From Mobula hypostoma (Eukaryota), in contig NC_086100.1 of NCBI RefSeq assembly GCF_963921235.1, positions 177,010,001-177,074,000 on the forward strand: a stretch of 64,000 bases of DNA, in the 5' to 3' direction. Shown here one piece after another: positions 50,331-62,589 of this stretch (within the stretch, counting starts at the first letter, position 1; each line of letters opens with the position of its first letter). The notes below the pieces were generated by a model, which saw nothing but the letters and a program-made list of their open reading frames with translations, had not been told where the DNA came from and ran no database searches. Made by a program: the position numbers and the translations under genes.

Positions 50331-51163
50331 AAGTTAATTTTGGTTTTGATATGGGATTACTCTTTTGTGTTACTAAATCTGGAATTATGTCTTTGGGTTT
50401 GTTGTTCTGGGTCTGATTCTGATCTCAGCTGTTTGACAGCTGCACTTCTGCGGTGGTTTTGCGTATGTAACTCCAGTTAGAGATATGGAGAACTGGCTGA
50501 GCAGAATTGCTCAAATCAAACTCAATTATTGGCCACTGGGTTTCTGTAATTGGAATAAAACATTTCCACAGCCGAGGGTGCGAGCTGAACATGCTGATTT
50601 CTATTTTAAAAAGTGTGAACTTGAACAATTAGTCGATGCATTTGCAAAGAACTCAAGCTCCTTATACTGTTATCTGATTAAGCAAAACACAAGTTAAAAG
50701 CAAGCAATCTACTTTCTTGTTGGAATACACTGCAAAAAGATGGACAAAGTTTCAAGTCATCCCACGACATTTGAAACAGAACAAATGGAGAGAGGGTTGG
50801 GCACACTGCCGGATAAGTGGACATTGTGCAGAGGAACGGATGGTGGGGGAGGTGGTGTCACATTGTCCAACTGACACTGAATTTGTCTGACTCCGATGGG
50901 GAAGTTGAAAATGTACTTTAAATGCATTCTATTGCTGGAAGTTTTGCAGCTACCTCTTAGCCTCATTCTGTTTCTTTTTTAAGTGAACACAGAGCAAATG
51001 TAGGCATGAAAGGAGGAATCACCCGCTTGGTCTTTTGTGCCTGCTGCACCATTTAATGAGATAGGAAATTCCTTCTCTGTATCTATCCTGTCAAGAACAT
51101 TTCAGGATCTCACTGTGTTTCACTTAAGTCCCCCATCAGACTTCTAAACTCTGGGGATACAGG

Positions 51164-51344
51164 CAACATTCTCTATATTTGTTTTACAGCTGCACGGACC
51201 AACCCTTGTTCCGAGCAGGAAATTTTTACACGGCCTGAAAACAGTGCAGCACTTTATATAAAAGAAAATTCCAGCTGTATGGCAACAATGGCTATGTGCA
51301 CAGGAGCATTTCAGTTACAACCACGCGGCTCAGAGGAAACAATG
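51164..51344. mobile_element. hAT-like MITE with 8-bp target-site duplication
   Basis: Degenerate TIRs caacattctct / agaggaaacaatg; flanks gatacagg and gatacatg; interrupts a CR1 fragment. Confidence 0.55.
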
Positions 51345-51642
51345 GATACATGCCTAACCTGTCCAACCTTTCCTCTTCAGGCTGCTCACTCATTCCTGGC
51401 ATCAGTTGAAAGAAAATTTACTAGGCTGTTTCTAATGCATTAAGAGCCTTCCTGAAAGGAGACCCTCTACATAGTACTCCAGAATAATACATACAAAGGG
51501 GGAACGCAGCAGGTCAGGCAACAACTACACTGAGGAGTAAACAGTCAACGTTTCAGACCAAGACTTCTCATCAGGAAGGGGGAAGAAGTCAGAATACGAA
51601 GGTGGGTCAGGGGAAGACTTCTGTTATTGCCCCTTTCCTTTC

Positions 51643-51680
51643 CAATCCTGATGAAGGGTCTCAGCCCGAAACATTAACTG
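51643..51680 (+). ncRNA. Minimal type I hammerhead ribozyme motif in a Penelope-like terminus (probably decayed)
   Basis: CTGATGA (51648-51654), extra A, stem II gggt-ctca-gccc, GAAA (51668-51671). Stems I and III carry mismatches in this copy. Confidence 0.55.
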
Positions 51681-54600
51681 TTTATTCCTCTCCATAGGTG
51701 GAGTTCCTCCAGCATTTTGTCTATGCTACTCTCAATTTCCAGCATCTGCAAAATCTCTTGTGTTCATAGTACCCCAGGCCCGGTCTCAACAATGTCTTAT
51801 ATGATTCAAGCAGTTAGTATTTTTTGCTAGGGGGTGCTAAAATCTATTCAACAAATTCTAAACCACCAAATGTGCTTATCTGCGGGCATCTACTTCAGTT
51901 CCTGTAATCATAATCAGGCACACTTATAACGTAGGTGCTTCTAAACTGTTACACACCTGTACCTGGGGAGACATTATATGACATCAACAACATAACAGTA
52001 GAGTCAAAGCTCATCATGGCACAGGAGCAGGTCCTTTGGCCCATCTAGTGTGTGTCAAAATATCATTCTGCTTAGCCCCATCAATGCACCATGACCACAG
52101 CTCACCATACTCCTCCCACCCATGCACTTAACCAAACTTTTCTTAACTTTTGAAATCAAACCCACATCCACTACTTCGGACGGTAGATTGTTCCGCACTT
52201 TCACCACCCTGAGTGAAGAAGCTCCCCCTTGGGTTCCCCTTAAATATTTCACCTTTCACCCATAATCTATGACCTTTATTTCTAGTCTCAGTGTTAGATT
52301 TATCTATCCAATTTTTAGTTTGGATGTTAATATAGTTCAGTCAGACACAGGCAACTCAGAAACCAGAAAATAAAGAGCAAATTCTATACCAGAGAAGAAT
52401 CCTTTGTGTTGCTTTGTACAGCTCTTTCTTTATATAAAAGATGCTGTTCAAAGACACTATAGAAACTTGCTCTGTAACTAATCACGCAAAATGCGTACTA
52501 TTTTTATTCATTTTTCAGTAACTGGACAATGCTGGCAAACCCAGCATCCCTTGCCCATCCAAACTGCCATTGAGAAGGTGGCGGTGAACTGCCTTGTTGA
52601 ATAGCTGTATTATCTTATCTCCGTTTTGTGTACCACATTATGAAGAAAGGAATAGAATACAGCCATTGTCTAAGCCGATCAGAACCATGCATTAGATCAG
52701 AAGCATAAATGAAATATGTTAAATTCTGATTCCGATTCTGAATCGCATCGAAGACTAACCCCTGCTCAGAAATGTTACTGAATCAGATGAGATCTTACAA
52801 TAAGATTCAGTATTTGCATACAAAATGCAGGAGGAACTCAGTGGGTCAGGCAGCATCTGTGGAAATGGGCAGTCAAGATTTCAGGTCAAGACCCTTCATC
52901 TGGATAGAGGGGAGAGAGCCAGGACAAAGGGTGAAGCAAGAGCTACAGAGAAAAAGGTGGACTGAGGTGAGGAGGAGTAAGACGGGCAGGAGGAGAAGGT
53001 AAGAGTGGGAACCGCTGGAGGCTGGGAGGTGTTGGTGGAGGCAACAGATGTGGCAGATGGTGGAATCTGATAGGGAAGGAAATGAGGAAATGTGAGCAAA
53101 AACATTGACGTAGGGTGGATGCAACCTGGAATATAGAACCTGCAATGATGAGGAAGAAGGAGTCTAACAGGCTTCGGATAGAAATTGGAAAGATATGGGA
53201 AATAATTTGCAGGTCTAGAGGAGAAAGCAAGAGTACAGACCGACTAAACTGGTCTGCAAAGAGCTGACATGGACTCAGTGGGTGGAATACTCACCTCTTA
53301 GGCTGGAATGATTCTGTGCTTCCATTGTTTAGTGAACTTTGTTTTTGAATTCCCTTCATGACCTCAGTAGTAATTGGACACATCACTAGCATGCTTAAGT
53401 TCTGGTAATACTAATAGGAAGGAGAGGAATCGTAGTTATAAGGGAAGGCTGGAGAGGTTAAGTCTCTTTGCAGTGGAATGTAGGAGTCTGAGGTGTAAGT
53501 TTATGTCGAAGTTTATAAGATTATAAGGGGCATAGGTAGGATAGAAGTTTTCTTTTCCCAGGGCAGGGCTGTCCGGAAATTGAAGGCATAAGTTTAAGGT
53601 GAAGCAGGGAGAAATTTGAAGGAGATTTGAGGTGTAGGGTGATGAATGCCTATAACAAGCTGCCAGAGGCCATTTAAAAGGCATTTGAGCAAGGGACTTA
53701 GATAGGACAGGTTCAAAGTTCAAAGTCAAAGTAAATATTCCTATGTGACCAGATACTACCTCAAGATTCATTTTCTTGTGGGCATTGACAGTAGATACAA
53801 AAAAATACAGAATCAGTGAAAAACTGCACACAAAGACCAACGTGCAAAAGAAGACAAAATGTGCAAGTATAAAAAAAACGAATAATAAATAATAACTTAT
53901 ATTGAGAACATGAGTTGTAGAGTCCTTGAGAGTGAGTCCATAGCTTGTGGAATCAGTTCAGTGTTGAGGTGAGTGAAGTTATCCACATTGGTTGAAGAAA
54001 ATGATCTAATGGGGACTAAATGCATCTAGTGTAGTTCAGTCTCACAGTTGACACAGTGGGCTAGAAAGAGCCTGTTTCTGTACTGTACATTTCTATTTTT
54101 CTATGGTCTGATGACAGAGGTGATTCCCCAAGATGATGCCTGGGCTGGAACATTTCAGCTATGGTGTGGCTGGCCTTTTAACTTTGGTGTGGAAAAGGGT
54201 TAGCGATAACCTAACTGAGGTATACAAAATATGAGGGCCAAGGAGAGGGTAGTTTTGGGAGAAAGTTTTCCACTTGGTTGGGGTAGCTATAAATAGAGAG
54301 CATAGGTTTAAGTGAGGTGTAGGAAGTTTGCAGGGGATTTGAGGACGATTTCTGTTCATCTCAAGAATGGGGTGGTGGAGGTGGATGTTCTCATAACTTT
54401 TAAAAAGTATTCAGATGAGCACTTGAAACATTATGGTATAGGAGATGGGCTGGAAAATAGGAATGTGATGTTCAGCACAAACACTTTACTTTACTTTATT
54501 GTCACCAAACAATTGATACTAGAGCGTACAATCATCACAGCGATATTTGAGGGTCAAAAGGCCTGTTCCCACACCTTAGGACACTAAGCACAGATTTTCG

Positions 54601-54809
54601 TCAAACTGACCTATAATCACTATAGGACACGTCAAATGCTGTGATTTCTACTGGGATATTATGAACTGTGATGATGAGCTTGTAATCGGGCTGCTGCAAA
54701 GCAGGAAGTCAAATATCATTTTAATTAAATGGTTCCAGGGATTACATTCTATCCGTGATGACAGGCGTCTCGTGCTGAGGTGCTGAGGGACAGGTTCTGC
54801 GGTGATTAC

Positions 54810-54923
54810 CTTGGCAGCAGCTGTGACAGCAGCAGTCGCCGCCACGTTCAGCCCACGCCTTCCGAACTGCACCACCGCCTCGTAGCTCCGATCCTTTGCC
54901 TGGCTCAGGTATTCATCGATCTC
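54810..54923 (-). CDS. REEP1: REEP1 coding exon ([38 protein letters not shown])
   Basis: cgcag| acceptor, AAG|gtaatc donor, 114 nt, phase 0/0; conserved REEP1-4 amphipathic-helix exon. Assigned to REEP1 from the next exon and from synteny with MRPL35. Confidence 0.96.
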
Positions 54924-56598
54924 CTGCGAGGAAAGCAAGCAAAGTGTGAGAAAGAGTCTTCTGCTGGGCTAGGCCACACCTCAGGCAGGCTCACATACAC
55001 CAGTCTGGTACTCTCTCCTTCTCTCCCACAATTAAAGCAACGCATCCTGTCCCGGCCTGCCCATTTTTGTCCAGGCCTAACTCTACTACCATAGCTTTTC
55101 TGAAACAAAAGAGGGTAATTCTTTGATTTTTGGTCATATTGTATCCCATTCTACAGTCAACAATTACTGCGGACCTGTTCAATTTACAAATAGGCCTCAC
55201 TTGACGCAAGACCTTGTCTCTTGAAGACTCGAGTTTTCAAATCAGTTGTAGCATGGAGAATCAAGACTCTGACCAGATCACGCGTAAAGGATAATCAAAT
55301 CTCCCTCCTATTCACCACACGGCGAAAAGAAAGCACAACTCACTCACTTATGAAGAGCAAATGGACCATTCATTCATTTATTACTTACCTGTCTCACTCC
55401 CATGAAGAAAAAAAGCCCCCACCCAATCAACACATGAAGAGCAGAAGACACGAACAGACCTACCACGCACTAAGCCATGCTGACTATCTCTCATTAGACC
55501 CTGCTTATCCTAATATCCACTCCCGTAGAATATCTTCCAATAACTGAAGTTAGCTGTGATCTACTCTTGGGTAATGGAATGGGCATTTGAGCTGTACACC
55601 AATTGGAAAATCAAGCCCCATCATATTTGCTCAATCCAACAATGGGAATCCAGAGGAACCAGATAAATTACATAAGTTCCACACATTTTACACTTACAAT
55701 TCACAGCACAGAATTTCCTGACTATCCACTGTCCTCTAAGCAAAAATCACCACAGTACAATTCTCAATATGGGAAGTTATGCTTATTTTAGAAAAGCATT
55801 AAGCCAATTTCCCCAGCAGAGGCTTTCTGTTACCCTGTAGTACTTTTCTGTTACCACACAGAGCAAACTAAAAATTAATTAAGCTACAGAGTAGCTGTTA
55901 CTCAATTCAGTCACGAGGGAGGGGTGGTAGGGGTTGCAACACATGTTGCAATTAATCAGAGGCAAAAATCCAAGTCACGTTGTCTGGGGTCTTTAAGTTA
56001 CACTGGAATGTCTGGTGTAGGTGCAGCTTCGAAGGGAACAGGGTGTCTTCCAGGCAGGTCACAGTATCTGTGCTGGGTGAAAGCTTTAACTAGTTTGTAA
56101 AATAAACCAACTTATTTATCCAATAATCAAATATTGTGTATTCAACAATTTTTCTCTCAACAAACGGCTTTGCAAACCTGTACTGATGCTTCTTCAAACT
56201 AATTTTAGGTTTGGCAACCTAATATCAGTACACATAACTTTCAGCAACTGTCAACAATTTATCGTGCTATCCAGAACATCTATGACATTTTTTTAACCTT
56301 GCCCAAACATGGCTTTGTGCCAAAGCATTAAAAAAAGATGGTAAACAGGTCTGCTCTAATGGGAGACAGGCCTACCTTCACAGTGCTGCCAAGTCAATCA
56401 GCTTATCATTCTGAGGAAAAAGAGTGTAGTATAGTGGCTGATTTTGACAAACTACAGTAAAGGGTCCAGAGGAGGTTTCAAAGAATTCTCCCGGGAATGA
56501 AATGAGGAGTGTTTGATGGCTCTGGGCCTGTACTCACTGGAGTTTAGAAGAACAAAAGCAGGGCTCCCATTGGAAACCTACCAAATATTGAAAGGCTT

Positions 56599-59266
56599 TC
56601 CTCCGTTTTGTAGTTCCAAAAGCTAATTAAAAGAAAAGCACGGGAGCCTGGGATAACACATGTACACTTAGTTTCTCTCTTTAGTGAGGAATGCCACTTA
56701 TGACATGGCAGTGTAGTGATAACTGCCTTTCACGTACTTTGTACATATAACCCATAATGAATTATGTAAACAGCAAAGAGTACTTAATCAAACAATATAT
56801 TTACAAGATTACTCAAATATTATTGAAATATTAAATATACACGCCACTCCTCCCTGCTTAGCTGTAAACTCCAACTCAACACAGAATGCATCTCAATGCA
56901 TCACAGTATTCTATATAATACAACTACTATACAGATATCTACAGCAATGAACAGAAATTTACATTGTCCCATTCAGGACAATGCTGGCCCTCCTGTTTTT
57001 ACTGCATACAAGCCCAATGTTGCTTGTTGGTTGTTGTATTTCACTGATACGAATGTCATTCCCACAGGAGTCATCTTTGCTCCATTGTAAGTTAGAATAT
57101 ATATGCCGACAATGTAACCTACTCTAGAGACTGTCTAGAATTTCCCTGGCACATAGCCCTCTATTTTTCTAAGCTTCATGTACCTAACTAGGAGGCTCTT
57201 AAAAGACTTGATTGTATCCACCTCCACCATTTCATGCAACCACCACTCTGTGTGAAAAACTTACCCCTGACATCCTCTTGGTATCTATTTCTAAGCAGCT
57301 TAAAACTATGCCCCCTCGTGTTAGCCACTTCAGCCCTGGAAAAAAGCTTCTGGCTATGCACACGATCAATGCCCCTCATCAGCTTATACACCTCTATCAG
57401 GCCACCTCTCATCCTCCTTTGCTCCAAGGAGAAAAGGCCAAGTACACTCAACCTATTCTCATAAGAAATGCCCTCCAATCCAGGCAATATTCTTGTATAT
57501 CTCCTCTGCACTCTCTCTTTTGTATCCACATCCTTCCTGTAGTGAGGTGACCAGAACCGAACACAGTACTCCAGTGGGGTCTGACCAAGGTCTTGTATAG
57601 CTGTCACATTAACTCACAGCTCTTGAACTCAAGCCCATGGTTGATGAATGTTCTTAGATAGATATCTGCAAGCTTCAGTTCAGTATGTTTGAAATGATGT
57701 TCAAGCTCATTTTGTGGAATGACTGAAGCAGTTGAGGCAGTGTCCAATTCCATTTTAATTAATTTGCCATTCATTTCTGCTGTAAGCCATAATGCTTGTC
57801 TCTTCACAAACTAGAGAAAATCTACAGATGCTGGAAATCCGAGCAACACACACACAAAATACTGGAGGAACTCAGCAGGCCAGGTAGCATCTATGGGAAA
57901 AAGTACAGTCATAGATGCATTTTGTGTGTGTGTTGCTTGTCTCTTGTCAGTTTTCATATTGTAAATCTCAAGGCTACTCCGTCCTGTGTCACTCTCACCA
58001 TTATCAGATTTTTCATCAACAGCATGCAATTTTTTTTAAACTGCAACTTGATTTTTGTAAATCTTTTTCTCTTCCCTGAGCAGTCTATTTAACTTTGTCT
58101 CCCCAATATGCTCTTTGTATGTGTCCTACCTTATTGCACTTCCTGCAAGTTTTGCCTTTAAACCTATTTTGGTCTGGTGTATGTGAGCACCTGCCACAAC
58201 AGTAACACAATTTGTTCGGCCAGTCTTGTTTCTGTTTAGATATTGCAATTTTGCTTGCAGTCACTTTCATTCCTGACTGCAACTCAATTTCATCCCTGGC
58301 TGCTGTTTCCATTGATAGAGCGATTTCAACTGTTCTTTTGAATGTAAGTTGTGCTTCATTTAGGGGCCATTTTTGAATGCTTTCTTGTAAGATTCCACAA
58401 ACTAAATGATCTCTGAGTGCATCATTAAGCCCATCACTGAGATGAAAATGCGCAAACAACTTCTTCAATTCAGCCACATTCGCTGAAATGGACTTACCTT
58501 TCTTCTGATTCTGCTCATGAAACCTAAAGTATTCCGCATTCAACAATGGTTTTGATTCTAAATGTTCCTGCATTACTTTCACAATATCAGCAAAACTCCT
58601 TCCAGCTGGTGTGGTTGGAGCAGTCAAACTTCTATGCAAACTTTATGTTTTTCAGCAAAACTGGCACTCATTTCTCATTGGCTGTTTCATTTGCTTCAAA
58701 ATACTGCTCAATTCATTCAGTATACGTCAGCTAGATATCAGCTGTGCCATCAAACGCATCTATCTTTCTGATGTAGCCAGATATTTCTGCTTTTTTAAAT
58801 TTACGATTTTTATCACTGTTTATGAACTGATGAATTTCATCCATTTTCTGATTTTTTTTAAAAACTCAGCCATCTCTGTCTCCTTGAGAAGAAACATGTG
58901 CTGTGCTTTTTCTAAAAACTCAAATGTCACTGTCCTCTCTTAAAGAAAAAATGTGGTACACTTTTAAAATTCAAATGTCTCGCTACAGTCCAACAAGTAG
59001 GGAACTGTCTCGGGTTCATTTTAAAACCTACTCATCACCACTGCTATGCTTTGCAACTCCAAAAATTAATCGAAAGAAAAACATGGGAGGGCATGATAAC
59101 TAGTGTATGTTTTGTTTCTCCTTAACGAGGAATGCACTTATGACGTGGTGGAGTAATGACTTATGCTATTCACATACTTTATATATAACCCGAAATGAAG
59201 TATGTAAGTAGCTAAGAATATGTTTACAATTTATTCAAATATTACTGAAATATTAAATATACAACT
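56599..59266 (-). mobile_element. Internally deleted Gypsy LTR retrotransposon (two LTRs, PBS, gag with zinc knuckles, protease remnant, PPT)
   Basis: LTRs at about 56599-56845 and 59042-59266; PBS-like tggtgatgag; PPT agggaggag; gag ORF with CYCCGRCSH / CRKCNKVGH; protease-like MELDTASTASVI; TSD ggctt/gcctt. Confidence 0.9.
57130..57646 (-). mobile_element. CR1 3' fragment nested in the Gypsy element
   Basis: LEYCVRFWSPHYRKDV...RRMRGGLIEVYK in ORF 57188-57607. Confidence 0.88.
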
Positions 59267-59895
59267 GCCTTAGATGGAGTGGACATTTCCAATAATGTGA
59301 GAGTCTAGGACCAGAGTGCATAGCCTCAGAATACACGGACATCCCTTTAGAACAGAAATGAAGAGGAATTATTTTAGCCGGGGGTGGTGAACCTGTGGAA
59401 TTTATTGCCACAGATGGCTATGGAGGCCAAGTCATCAGGTATTTTTAAAGTGGAGTTTGATAGGTACTTAATTAGTAAGGGCATGAAAGGTTGTGGGAAG
59501 AAGGCTGATGAATGGGCTTGAGAGGGATAACAGATCAGCATTGTGTGAATGGCGGAACAGACTCAAATGGCTTAATTCTGCTCCTTGTCTTATGGTCTTA
59601 TATTCGATGAGGCTTGGGCAATGAAGCTACTGATACGGTCAGGGTCTGATGGTTGCCTAAATGTAGGATCATATGGACTAAGAGCAAGAGTAGGCTGCAC
59701 AGCCTCACAAGTCTGATCCACCATTTAATAAAATGATGGCTGATCTCTTAGTAACCTCAGTTCCTCATTCCATCTACCCAGGGCAATATTTCACCCTTTT
59801 GCTTATCAAGAATCTATCCACTTCTGATTTTAAAAGATTCAGAGACTCAAAACCCTGCTTTCACAGCCCTTAGAGGAACAGAGTTACAAAGGCTC

Positions 59896-60380
59896 ATGAT
59901 CACCAGATTGATTCCTGGGATGGCGGGACTTTCATATGAAGAAAGACTGGATGAATTGGGCTTGTACTCGTTGGAATTTAGAAGATTGAGGGGGGATCTC
60001 ATTGAAACGTATAAGATCCTAAAGGGATTGGACAGGCTAGATGCAGGAAGATTGTTCCCGATGTTGGGGAAGTCCAGAACGAGGGGTCACAGTTGGAGGA
60101 TAGAGAGGAAGCCTTTTAGGACCGAGATTAGGAAAAACTTCTTCACACAGAGAGTGGTGAATCTGTGGAATTCTCTGCCACAGGAAACAGTTGAGGCCAG
60201 TTCATTGGCTATATTTAAGAGGGAGTTAGATATGGCCCTTGTGGCTACGGGGGTCAGGGGGTATGGAGGGAAGGCTGGGGCGGGGTTCTGAGTTGGATGA
60301 TCAGCCATGATCATAATAAATGGCGGTGCAGGCTCGAAGGGCCGAATGGCCTACTCCTGCACCTATTTTCTATGTTTCTA
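59896..60380 (+). mobile_element. Young CR1 3' end inserted in an older reverse CR1
   Basis: Uninterrupted 131-aa frame TRLIPGM...RRLRGDLIETYK...FFTQRVVNLWNSLP, plus tail. Confidence 0.92.
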
Positions 60381-60769
60381 TCCTCCGAGGGAAAAAAAAT
60401 GCCTCATTTCTCTTTTTAAATGGGTCACTCTACAACTGAATGATCCCTCATTTTTTAACAGCGATCCTGGTTTTCAATTCTCCTATCAGAGGACACATCC
60501 TTTTCACATCCACTTTGGAAAGCACGTTTCCCTCAGCACCTTGGGGATCTTGGGGATCCAGCAACCATTTCTGGTTGGGGTTTCTGAATATATCTGGAAT
60601 AGTAACCAGTTAGTACATAATATGCTCAGCATTGAGCTGTGGTTTGAATCCTTTTTAAAAACAGGATTACATACAGTATTTGCCCTTGTGTGGTAATCCT
60701 TTGGGAAGCAAGGTTTCTTTAAGAGATGGTGTGATTTTGCTATTTTCTGCTTTGGCAAGGGACGTTAAT

Positions 60770-61435
60770 GCAAAATGGCTCAGCATGACATCTAAAACTT
60801 CGACAAATTTCTATAGATGTGTGGCGGAGAGTATATTGACTGATTGCATCACAACCTGGCATGGAAACATCAATGTCCTTAGTTGGAAAATCCTACAAAA
60901 AGTACAAAAATCCTATAGCTGAGTCCATCATGGGTAAAGCCCTTCTCATTATTGACCACATCTACATGGAGCATTGTCACAGGAAAGCAGCATCCATCAT
61001 CAAGGATCCCTACCACCCAGGCCATGCTCTCTTCTTGCTGCTTCCATCAGGAAGAAGGTACAGGGGCCTCAGGACTCACACCACCAGTTATTACCCCTCA
61101 GTCATCAGGCTCTTGAACCGGTGGGGATAACTTCACTTGCCCCATCAATGAACAGTTCCCATAACCTATGGACTCACTTTCAAAGACTCTTCATCTCATG
61201 TTCTCAATATTTATCGCTTATTTATTTAATATTATTATTTCCTTTTTTTCTTTTGTATTTGCACAGGTTGTTGTCTTTTGTACACTGGTAGTTTGCCCAT
61301 CCTGTTGGGTGCAGTCTTTCATTGATTCTATTGTGTTTCTTGGATTTACTGTGTATGCCCACAAGAAAACAAATCTCAGGGTTATATAAGGTGACATATA
61401 TGTACTTTGATAATAAATTTACTTTAAACTTTGAA
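60770..61435 (+). mobile_element. Rex1-like LINE 3' end
   Basis: NFYRCVAESILTDCITTW and SIIKDPYHPGHALFLLLPSGRRYR motifs. Confidence 0.85.
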
Positions 61436-61689
61436 CAAGAAAAGTTTCTCATTGTATCTTGGTACATGTAACAACAATAAACCAGTAATAACTTGAACCA
61501 ATTGTTGAAGAATCTTGTTCCTCTGTTTATCTGTAACTAGGAGGGTTTACATTAACTTGATTGCCTCAACACTGTTAGCTGAAAGCAAGGTGGGTTTCCT
61601 ATTCACATTGACAGTATCAATTGCTTTGCATACCCATCTTTCTTATGAACACAATTCACGATTTAATGGAATTAGGAAAACATTGAAGG

Positions 61690-62020
61690 CAGCATAGTGG
61701 TGTAGCCAGTGGAGCTGCTGAATCACACATCCCAAGACCTAGGTTAATCCTAATCTCTGATGCTCCGCATGTAGAGTTTGCATGTTCTCCCTGTGACCCT
61801 ATGACTTCCTCTGGGTGCTCCAGTTTTTTTCCCACATCAATATGCCAGAGTGCTAGTTAGGAGGTTAATTGGCCATTGTGAATTGGCACTGGTACATAGG
61901 TGAGTGACAGAATCTGGGAGTATGCAGAGAAAGAGGTGGACTAGTATAAGTGGGTGGCTGATGGTCAGTGTGGGCCTATTAGACCAAGGCCCTGTTTCCA
62001 TGCTCTACCTTATGACCCTA
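61690..62020 (+). mobile_element. tRNA-derived SINE
   Basis: Same head and core (gtagagtttgcatgttctccctgtgacc) as the other SINE copies. Confidence 0.7.
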
Positions 62021-62589
62021 TCACTCTATAAGGCTTGATGACTATGAATAAACTTGTGCTTGTAACTTCCAAGGTGATGGGGTTTGAGTTGGCAGAATTC
62101 AATGAAGTCCTCGATGCTGGAAATCTGGAACAATAGCAGGTCTTTTACCTGACATGTTAACTCCATTACTCTTTACTGATGCTGCCTGAGTGTTTCCAGC
62201 ATTTTCTGCTTGCATTTGGTTCAGTTAAATAGGTTGCTCCACGGTCTTGGAGAAAATGTAACTAAACTCACAACTCTTTTCATCCCTTGTCACTAGTTAC
62301 TTTTCCAACAATATTACGGCCAAGCAAACATCAAGTAAAAAAAAATGTGCTTCTGTGCAGATGGCTCCTTTATTGTTATCATCCAACCACTAGAGGGAGA
62401 TGATATCAATCCAGTCACAATAAATCTATTTAAGAAACTAACATTCTGTAGATGTTGGTAATCTGAAATAAAAACTGTAAATGCGGGAAACGCTCAGCAG
62501 GTCAGACAGCAGCTGTAAAGGGAATTAACATTTCAGGTTAAAGGAATTTAATAAGAAATGCTAATTATTTCTGTTCAGCCTGACCAGGG

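Noticed and set aside
55934-55951. Inverted repeat ttgcaaca-ca-tgttgcaa
   Set aside because: A single short palindrome with no supporting context; plausible by chance in 64 kb.
54927-62570. Search for the upstream REEP1 exon (FPFYYE...HPTL)
   Set aside because: Not found by eye; it presumably lies beyond the window end.
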